A stretch of 64,000 nt of DNA, from positions 15,760 through 79,759 of the forward strand of contig DXIE01000026.1 of NCBI GenBank assembly GCA_019113005.1, given 5' to 3'. The notes beneath the pieces are model-generated. The model was not told the DNA's origin, ran no database searches, and saw only the letters and a list, made by a program, of their open reading frames with translations. Position numbers and translations under genes: made by a program. How positions within the stretch are numbered: position 1 is the stretch's first letter; each line of letters starts with the position of its first letter. This document shows, piece by piece, positions 56,588 to 64,000 of this stretch. The stretch is from Candidatus Butyricicoccus avistercoris (GTDB lineage Bacteria; Bacillota; Clostridia; Oscillospirales; Butyricicoccaceae).

Positions 56588-59134
56588 TTGTCACAAAATG
56601 AGCAAAAATCTAAAACTGCTCCTAAAAGAAGAAAAAAAAGCGAGCCTTTACAAAAAGAGTATTCTTTACCTCGTCCTGCTTGGGGGATTATATACGGTGT
56701 TTTAGGTATCTTTTCACTTTTAATTGTTTTTGGACTAGATGGAGTATTATTAAAACTTATTCGTTCTTTTATAGGTAGCCTTATCGGTTATGGACTTTAT
56801 ATAGTTCCAATAATACTTTTTACACTCTGTGCAATGCTTATAAAAAACAGAAAAGGTCCTATAAGGCTTAGAGCAAGTGCCGTTGCAATTTTTCCTGTTT
56901 TTCTATCAGCTGTACTGCATTGTCTTTTAAATAGCTCTATTCTTTCATCTAATTCGGTATTTTCTACCCTTACAAAAACAGGAGCAGATATAAAATCTGG
57001 TGGACTTATTGCAGGTGGACTTTCTTATCTGCTTAGCTGGGCATTTTCTTCTGTCGGTGGCTTTTTACTGTGTCTAATACTGTTAATAGCCGATTTAATG
57101 GTTATTTTCCGTATAACCCCACAAAGCATATACGACGCACTTCGTCCGATTGAATATGAATATGACGACGACGAAGAACGCATGAAATATGAATACCATA
57201 CCGTTTTACCAAATGTACATGAGTTTGCAGCAAACCAAAAGGCTAAACGTGAAGCTAAAAAAGCCGCTAAAAGAGCTTCTTTTGATATCGCTTTAGACGA
57301 TGAAGAGCCTGTTTTAACCCTCCCAGAAAGTAACAACGAGCCTTCACTTGAGCCTGAACCTATTTCAGATTTCTCAGCCCATGAATTTATACATCAGTCA
57401 TCAGAAAACACAAATGATACTACGGATAATATATTAACCAATGATGACTCTGATGACCCATTTGATGATATTTTATCACTTCTCCACAATAAGCCTGATG
57501 AAAAACCAGAAGTTATAGCTGATGAGCCTATGTCTGTTGATGAAAAAAATATGTCAAAAGCCGAGCTGAAACGCCATGAACAAATGGAACAAGCTAAAAT
57601 GGCTGCTGAGATTGATGCAAATCAAAATGCACCTATACCTGTTTACAGTTATCCTGAGCTTAATTTATTAAACCCACCTAAAAAATCAGCAAACAACAAC
57701 TATCAAGCCGAGCTTACTGAATATAGTCATCGTTTGGTTGATACTTTACAGTCATTTAATATTGAAGCTCAAATTGTGGGTATTGTTAGAGGCCCTACGG
57801 TTACACGTTTTGAAGTTACCATTCCACCTGGAACTAAATTCAGCCGTATAACAGGTCTTTCTGATGATATTGCTCTTGCTCTTGGTGCAATGTCTGTGCG
57901 TATCGCACCAATTCCAGAAAAAGTTGCTATCGGCATCGAAGTTCCTAACAAAACAAATACCATGGTTCCAATTTATGAGGTTTTAGACTCCGATGCATTT
58001 AAAAACAGCAAAAGCAAGGTTTCTTTCTGTGTAGGTAAAGATATAACAGGTGCTCCTGTTGTGGGCAATATCGGAAAAATGCCTCACCTGCTTATCGCTG
58101 GTACTACTGGTTCTGGTAAGTCAGTATGTGTAAACTCCATGCTTATTTCACTTCTTTATAAATCCACTCCTGAAGAAGTAAGACTTATTATGATTGACCC
58201 TAAAATGGTTGAACTTGGCAACTATAACGGCATACCACATCTGCTTATTCCCGTTGTAACCGACCCTAAAAAGGCTGCTGGTGCACTTAACTGGGCTGTT
58301 GGTGAAATGGAAAGAAGATATAAGGTATTTGCTGACAATCAAGTTAGAAAGCTTGAAGATTTTAACGAGCTTATGCAAAAGAAAAAGAAACAAGCTGAAA
58401 AAGAAGGCTCACCTTCTGATGGTTTCCAGCCACTGCCTGAAATTGTTATTGTAATAGACGAGCTTGCCGACCTTATGATGGTTGCCGCTAAAGAAGTTGA
58501 AACCTCTATATGTCGTATTGCACAGAAAGCTCGTGCCGCTGGCATGTATTTAATCGTTGCAACTCAAAGACCTTCTGCTGATGTAATCACTGGTATTATG
58601 AAAGCAAATATACCTTCTCGTATAGCATTTGCTGTTGCAAGCCAGATTGAAAGCCGTATTATTCTTGATACCACTGGTGCTGAAAAGCTGATAGGTAAAG
58701 GTGATATGCTTTATGCTCCTCTTGGTGAGGGCAAGCCTCAACGTATACAAGGCTGTTTTATCTCAAATGATGAAATAGAAAATGTTATAGAATTTATCAA
58801 GTCTACGGGCTGTGCTGAATATAATGAAGAGATACTTGAGCATATTGAAAAATCTGCTGAGGCATCAGAAAGTGGCAGCTCTGGCGGTGGCGGCAGTCTT
58901 TCGGGTGATGAAGACGAAATGCTTATGGAGGCAATAGAAATTGTTATTGACTGTGGTCAGGCATCTGTATCCATGCTTCAAAGACGCTTAAAACTCGGCT
59001 ATGCCCGTGCCGCACGAATAGTTGACCAAATGGAAGAACGTGGTATAGTAGGTCCATTTGAAGGCTCTAAACCTCGTCAGATACTAATTTCTAAAGACGA
59101 TTGGAAAGAAATGAAGCTTCGTCGTCAGCTTTAA
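56588..59134 (+). CDS. ftsK: DNA translocase FtsK/SpoIIIE
   Basis: [29 protein letters not shown], gamma domain [21 protein letters not shown]. Confidence 0.96.
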   Translation: MSQNEQKSKTAPKRRKKSEPLQKEYSLPRPAWGIIYGVLGIFSLLIVFGLDGVLLKLIRSFIGSLIGYGLYIVPIILFTLCAMLIKNRKGPIRLRASAVAIFPVFLSAVLHCLLNSSILSSNSVFSTLTKTGADIKSGGLIAGGLSYLLSWAFSSVGGFLLCLILLIADLMVIFRITPQSIYDALRPIEYEYDDDEERMKYEYHTVLPNVHEFAANQKAKREAKKAAKRASFDIALDDEEPVLTLPESNNEPSLEPEPISDFSAHEFIHQSSENTNDTTDNILTNDDSDDPFDDILSLLHNKPDEKPEVIADEPMSVDEKNMSKAELKRHEQMEQAKMAAEIDANQNAPIPVYSYPELNLLNPPKKSANNNYQAELTEYSHRLVDTLQSFNIEAQIVGIVRGPTVTRFEVTIPPGTKFSRITGLSDDIALALGAMSVRIAPIPEKVAIGIEVPNKTNTMVPIYEVLDSDAFKNSKSKVSFCVGKDITGAPVVGNIGKMPHLLIAGTTGSGKSVCVNSMLISLLYKSTPEEVRLIMIDPKMVELGNYNGIPHLLIPVVTDPKKAAGALNWAVGEMERRYKVFADNQVRKLEDFNELMQKKKKQAEKEGSPSDGFQPLPEIVIVIDELADLMMVAAKEVETSICRIAQKARAAGMYLIVATQRPSADVITGIMKANIPSRIAFAVASQIESRIILDTTGAEKLIGKGDMLYAPLGEGKPQRIQGCFISNDEIENVIEFIKSTGCAEYNEEILEHIEKSAEASESGSSGGGGSLSGDEDEMLMEAIEIVIDCGQASVSMLQRRLKLGYARAARIVDQMEERGIVGPFEGSKPRQILISKDDWKEMKLRRQL

Positions 59135-59160
59135 AATATAATACTAGGAGGCTATTTATT

Positions 59161-59661
59161 ATGAAAAAAATCGAACTTTCCAGCCTATCTTTTAACCCAT
59201 TTTTTAAAATCCGTGACCAGTGGGCTTTAGTTGCTGCTGGTGACAAAGAAAACTTTAATATGATGACCGTAAGCTGGGGCGGTATGGGTGAGCTTTGGTT
59301 TAAAGAAGTTACCACTGTTTATGTGCGTAAAAGCCGTTTAACCCATGAGTTTATGGAAAATAATGATTATTACACCCTTGTTTTCTTAAAAGATGGTAAT
59401 AAAAAAGCTCTGCAAACTTTAGGCTCAAAATCTGGTCGTGATATGAATAAAATGACCGATTCTGGTTTAACTCCTGTATTTACTGAGGAAGGCTGTCCAA
59501 CTTTTGCTGAAGCTGAGCTTACTTTAGTTTGTCGCAAGCTATATCATGGAGATTTGCCTCGTGAAAGCTTTACAGATGATGCAGTATTTGAAAAATGTTA
59601 TGCTGATGGCGATATGCATACCATGTATATTGGTGAAATCGTAGCTGCATACGCTGAGTAA
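59161..59661 (+). CDS. Flavin reductase-like FMN-binding protein
   Basis: FNMMTVSWGG, SGRD, D-x-HTMYIGEI; start corrected to 59161. Confidence 0.85.
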   Translation: MKKIELSSLSFNPFFKIRDQWALVAAGDKENFNMMTVSWGGMGELWFKEVTTVYVRKSRLTHEFMENNDYYTLVFLKDGNKKALQTLGSKSGRDMNKMTDSGLTPVFTEEGCPTFAEAELTLVCRKLYHGDLPRESFTDDAVFEKCYADGDMHTMYIGEIVAAYAE

Positions 59662-59833
59662 AAATTTCTCACTCCCCTTTTGTTTTATTACAAACGGGGA
59701 GTTCTTTTATGTCTTAAACTTGTAGCATAAATGTAATATTTCACTTTGTTTGCATCTCTTGCCTGTATATATATAAACCATTATAATAAATAATAGGTTT
59801 TATATGTATATTTTGACATGGAGGACTTTGCAT

Positions 59834-62101
59834 ATGAAAAAATACCTTCTGTCGTTAATGTTTGCAGCTGTGCTTTTTACCTTTTCTGCGGGGGCAGCTG
59901 ATTTGTTTCCAGTTAAACAGCCCTCAGATAGCATAGCTTTATGGGCATATATGCATGAAGATGGCTATTTAGCTACTTCTTACCAATATTCTGAAGCATC
60001 TAGCTTTAATGAACAAGGACTTGCCACAGTTACAGACATAAACGGCTTTGTTTCAGTAATAGATGAAGATTTACACACGATTGTTCCGCCTCAAGCTAAT
60101 CCTATTGCAGTTGAATTTTCAGATTATATGTTAGCTTTTAGATATAAAAGTCAGTCTGTTTATTTTGCTCTTGATGGCACTAGCATAGGCACATTCCCTG
60201 TAACTTCTGGCTTTTTCTCTGATGGCTTAATTCCTGCCCAGCAAGATGGTCTTTGGGGATATTTAAACCTTAAGGGCGAATTTGAAATAGAGCCTATTTA
60301 TAAAGAAGTTGGTAATTTTGAAAACGGTTTTGCTGTGGTTAAACTCAATGATACCAATGGCTATGGTGTTTTAAAAAAAGAAAACAATATTGTTTGTGTT
60401 TTACCAGAAAACTTAGAGCTTAAATATTTAAGAATATGGGATAATGATATACTTATCGCTTCACAAAATGGTCGTTATGCACTCTATTCTTTATCTTCTG
60501 GTGAGCTTTTAAGCGAATTTATTTATCAAGAGATAACAGAGTTTGAAGATGGCTTTGCTGTTGCAAGAATGAATAATATGTGGGGCATAATAAACACAAA
60601 AGGAAAACATGTTGTTGATTTCCAGTATTATGATTTATCATATATTGGTAATGGACTTTATTCGGCTCGTGGTAATTCAAACCCTACTGGAAATTGCTCT
60701 TTAATAGATGCATCTGGCAGACTGGTTTACAGAACAAATGTATATGCAGGTGGTTTTGATAATGTAACACACGGCATTTTTTGGCACGGTACGCTAAATA
60801 ATCAAATATTATTTTTATCAGAAAACGGTGCTTTCTTAAATAGCTTTGAAAACGCTGAAAATCCTGTTATTTTAACAAATAACGTTGCCAAAATAACCGT
60901 TGCTGGCAAAATTCAGTATGTAAACATAAAAACTGGCGACATAATTTTCTCACCAGAGCGTGAATATTCCTTCGAGTATTTTAAAGTAAGCTCTGCAACA
61001 TATGAAAAATATCTTGGCATAGACTCAAATGGCAATGATAATGAATGGGTTTTAACCTATCCTGTAATCTATGGAATGTCAAACAAAGTAGTTCAGGATA
61101 AAATAAACTCACAAATTCAGTCTTTCTTTATCGAAGGGCCACCAATACCATTAATTGACCAGTCTATCACAGGTTCTTTTGGCATTTCTCAAGTCGGTAG
61201 ACTTCTTATTGTTTGGGCTGACTGTGTTTATGGCACAGGTGATGGCAGTGCAATCTGGAATGACAGTATAACTCTTGATTTAGCAGATGGCACTAAATAT
61301 AATTTAATAACCGATTTATTTAATAATGATTATGTTGATGTAGTGCGTGAGCTTTTACCAGAAGAAATTCCATTTTATATGTTTGGCTCTCCTAGAGTAA
61401 CTAAAAATGGTATAAGCTTTTTCTACAATCTGTCACAGGATAATAATAGTGAACGCTATTCACCAACTAGCACAGAATACAATCTGTCTTACAACTCTTT
61501 AAAATCAGCCATTAAAATGGACAGCAAATGCTATGCCGCTTTATTAGGTACTGAGATGAATGAAATAAATCAGTTTATAAATTATACCGATGTCCCAGAA
61601 ACACACTGGGCATATGATGCAATAAAACAAATAACAAAAGTTGAACTTATGCAAGGCTCAGGCAGTAAATTTATGCCTGACAGCACAATAACAGGAGTTG
61701 AAGTTTCCTCTGTTATGGTTAGACTGCTTAAACTTGATACAAGCACTATTTTAGTGCCTGATAGCTCTCCTTGGTATTATAAAGAGGTAACAGCCGCTAA
61801 AAATGCTGGTATTATTGATGGTCTTGATGAGGATAGTTTAACACAAGTTATAACCCGTCAAGATATAATGCAAATCATATATAACGTGATTTTAAAAGAT
61901 GATTTTAAGCAAATGAGCGATGAAGAAATAGCTGAGACATTGGCTGCTTTTTCAGATAGCTCTAAAATTTCCGAATCCCGCAAAGAGGCTGCGGCTGCTT
62001 GTGTAAAACAAAAACTTATTGTTGGAAGCAACGGCAAGTTAAACCCTGAACAAACACTTACACGAGCTGAATTTGCACAAATCCTAAGCAAAATGCTTTG
62101 A
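59834..62101 (+). CDS. WG-repeat cell-surface protein with C-terminal SLH domains
   Basis: Signal peptide; GLWGYLNLKGEFEIEPIY, NMWGIINTKG repeats; YTDVPETHWA, PDSTIT, PEQTLTRAE SLH motifs. Confidence 0.88.
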   Translation: MKKYLLSLMFAAVLFTFSAGAADLFPVKQPSDSIALWAYMHEDGYLATSYQYSEASSFNEQGLATVTDINGFVSVIDEDLHTIVPPQANPIAVEFSDYMLAFRYKSQSVYFALDGTSIGTFPVTSGFFSDGLIPAQQDGLWGYLNLKGEFEIEPIYKEVGNFENGFAVVKLNDTNGYGVLKKENNIVCVLPENLELKYLRIWDNDILIASQNGRYALYSLSSGELLSEFIYQEITEFEDGFAVARMNNMWGIINTKGKHVVDFQYYDLSYIGNGLYSARGNSNPTGNCSLIDASGRLVYRTNVYAGGFDNVTHGIFWHGTLNNQILFLSENGAFLNSFENAENPVILTNNVAKITVAGKIQYVNIKTGDIIFSPEREYSFEYFKVSSATYEKYLGIDSNGNDNEWVLTYPVIYGMSNKVVQDKINSQIQSFFIEGPPIPLIDQSITGSFGISQVGRLLIVWADCVYGTGDGSAIWNDSITLDLADGTKYNLITDLFNNDYVDVVRELLPEEIPFYMFGSPRVTKNGISFFYNLSQDNNSERYSPTSTEYNLSYNSLKSAIKMDSKCYAALLGTEMNEINQFINYTDVPETHWAYDAIKQITKVELMQGSGSKFMPDSTITGVEVSSVMVRLLKLDTSTILVPDSSPWYYKEVTAAKNAGIIDGLDEDSLTQVITRQDIMQIIYNVILKDDFKQMSDEEIAETLAAFSDSSKISESRKEAAAACVKQKLIVGSNGKLNPEQTLTRAEFAQILSKML

Positions 62102-62155
62102 GATATGGTTTTTCCTTAAAAGCGAAAAGGAGTCCTAAACGGACTCCTTTTTGTT

Positions 62156-63217
62156 TTATTCTTGCTGTGCTTGTAATTTTTCAGCCGCATCTGCTGACAT
62201 TAGTGCATCAATTATATCATCTAAATCGCCGTCCATAAACTGACCTAATTTATAAAGAGTCAGCTTAATTCTATGGTCTGACACACGATTTTCTGGGAAA
62301 TTATATGTTCTAATACGTTCAGCTCTATCGCCTGTGCCGACCTGACTTTTTCTATCTGCTGCAATAGCTGCATTTTGCTTTTCAAGCTCTGCCTCATAAA
62401 GTCTAGTTCTAAGCACTCTCATTGCTTTATCTCGGTTTTTATGTTGGCTTCGCTCGTCCTGACATTCTACAACCATGCCTGTTGGTAAGTGTGTAATGCG
62501 GATTGCAGATTCGGTTTTGTTGATATGCTGACCGCCCGCACCAGATGCTCTAAATGTATCAATCTTCAAATCTGATGGGTTAATCTCAAAATCAACTTCT
62601 TCAGCCTCTGGTAATACAGCCACAGTAACAGTAGATGTATGCACTCTGCCTTGGCTTTCGGTTTCTGGCACACGCTGCACTCTATGCACACCAGACTCAA
62701 ATTTCATACGAGAATAAACATGGTCACCTGAAATCTGGAAAACAACTTCTTTACAGCCGCCTAGCTCGGTTTCATTTATGCTGAGCTGCTCCACCTTCCA
62801 GCCACGCTTTTCCGCATACATAGAATACATTCTATAAAGAGAATGAGCAAAGAGTGCTGATTCCTCACCACCTGCACCGCCACGAATTTCAACCATAATA
62901 TTTTTATCGTCATTTGGGTCTTTAGGAAGCATTAAAATTTTAAGCTCACTTTCTAATCTTTCAATATCTTCCTTAGCCTGTTTTAATTCCTCTTGTGCAA
63001 GCTCTCTCATCTCTGGGTCATTTAGCATTTCCTCTGCTTCTGCAAGCATATTTTGTGCATTTAAATATTCTCTTGCCGCTAAAACTATTGGCTCCATATC
63101 CCCACGTTCTTTTAAAAGCTTTGCAGCCTGTTGAGGGTCATCATATAAGTTAGGAGCGGAAAGTCTTGCTTCTATTTCCTCAAACTTGTGTATAACACCA
63201 TTTAATTTTTCATTCAT
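62156..63217 (-). CDS. prfA: Peptide chain release factor 1
   Basis: GGQ motif (SGAGGQHIN), PET recognition loop, RIRTYNFP. Confidence 0.97.
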   Translation of the reverse strand: MNEKLNGVIHKFEEIEARLSAPNLYDDPQQAAKLLKERGDMEPIVLAAREYLNAQNMLAEAEEMLNDPEMRELAQEELKQAKEDIERLESELKILMLPKDPNDDKNIMVEIRGGAGGEESALFAHSLYRMYSMYAEKRGWKVEQLSINETELGGCKEVVFQISGDHVYSRMKFESGVHRVQRVPETESQGRVHTSTVTVAVLPEAEEVDFEINPSDLKIDTFRASGAGGQHINKTESAIRITHLPTGMVVECQDERSQHKNRDKAMRVLRTRLYEAELEKQNAAIAADRKSQVGTGDRAERIRTYNFPENRVSDHRIKLTLYKLGQFMDGDLDDIIDALMSADAAEKLQAQQE

Positions 63218-63220
63218 TTA

Positions 63221-63859
63221 TTATATCCAGCCTTTTTCCCTTTGATATAGTATTATTGTATCTAAATTTTGTCTTTCAAGCTTGCTAAATCTATCTTCTG
63301 TAAATGAAGAATCTTTTTCATACCAATCAAACTCATCAAAAAACTCTTGCCACTGCTCATTTACAAAAATATATCCATGACGAGCATATGCTTCATTTTT
63401 TATTATATCTATTTCATATTTAGTAAGTCTATCAAGGTCTGTTGTAGATATTGCAAACTTATCAAGTGGCCAAAACATTTGTGATTTATCGTTTATTATA
63501 ATATTGTTATTTTGTGTTTTTGTCCCGCTAGATGCAGAATAAAACATATATGAATTATTATCATCTATATACGAATTATCGGCTTCAGGAGGCAGACTGT
63601 TTGTTCTTATAGCATCATATTGTTTATTATCTATTATAATACGAAGTTTTCCCATATTAAGTGCAACAAATTCAACTTCTTTTTTATCAAACTCTACTTT
63701 TATACTCTGCTCACCGCTATAAATTTTTGCTTTTGACTGCCAAACCTTATCATCTTTACGCATTGTACACTCAATTTGTCCATCGTCAAATTCACATGAA
63801 AATGTATAGCCACCTGCTGACCAGTTACCATCATAGCTTTCCCAGTCATTAGCACTCAT
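63221..63859 (-). CDS. YARHG-domain protein
   Basis: KNEAYARHGYIF; may extend upstream or follow a partial gene at the window edge. Confidence 0.8.
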   Translation of the reverse strand: MSANDWESYDGNWSAGGYTFSCEFDDGQIECTMRKDDKVWQSKAKIYSGEQSIKVEFDKKEVEFVALNMGKLRIIIDNKQYDAIRTNSLPPEADNSYIDDNNSYMFYSASSGTKTQNNNIIINDKSQMFWPLDKFAISTTDLDRLTKYEIDIIKNEAYARHGYIFVNEQWQEFFDEFDWYEKDSSFTEDRFSKLERQNLDTIILYQREKGWI

Positions 63860-64000
63860 AATCTTATTTTCTTCATTTTGGATAATTTCTGACGATGATG
63901 ACTCAATTTTAACAAATCCATTATTGTCTTTTGAACCAAACCATGATTTTAAATGAAAAAGTGCAATAACTAAAATTAAAACTAAAAGTAATATTCCACC

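Overview
The window has two parts. Positions 1 to ~14350 are one arm of an integrated temperate cos-type (HK97-like packaging) prophage of a low-GC Clostridia host; the gene set (butyryl-CoA:acetate CoA-transferase, SLH/CsaB, split purH) suggests an Oscillospiraceae/Butyricicoccus-like gut organism, which is an inference. From right to left it carries: the attachment junction at the 3' end of tRNA-Ser(GCT), a tyrosine integrase, three tandem lipoprotein genes, a cI/cro switch, xis- and cII-like genes, a replisome organiser plus DnaB, ParA/ParB, SSB, a MazG-like gene, an HUH rolling-circle-type Rep, a Cys-rich KTR zinc ribbon, an HNH nuclease, the cos region and the start of the small terminase. 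The most striking unexplained structure is a 17-bp palindrome, GTGTTCAA(A/T)TTGAACAC, found six times in the prophage and not seen in the host part. Four copies punctuate the lipoprotein array like cassette boundaries, one precedes rep and one lies inside parB. I also see a lambda OOP-like antisense RNA and a repeat-plus-terminator checkpoint ahead of the late genes. Positions ~14350-64000 are host chromosome: two tRNA-Ser genes, plsC, thiE, lrgAB, a flippase, a decayed two-gene AT-rich island, the pur operon with a candidate leader-peptide attenuator, GT4-CsaB, sdaAB/AA, mini-RNase III, ABC proteins, FHA-RodA and a PBP, a terminator-flanked SepF-like/LytTR/kinase island, two COG0523 GTPases, gluQ, an [FeFe] hydrogenase, ilvA, but, an MCP, ftsK, a WG-repeat/SLH protein and prfA. 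All family assignments come from motif recognition by eye; no database searches were run.
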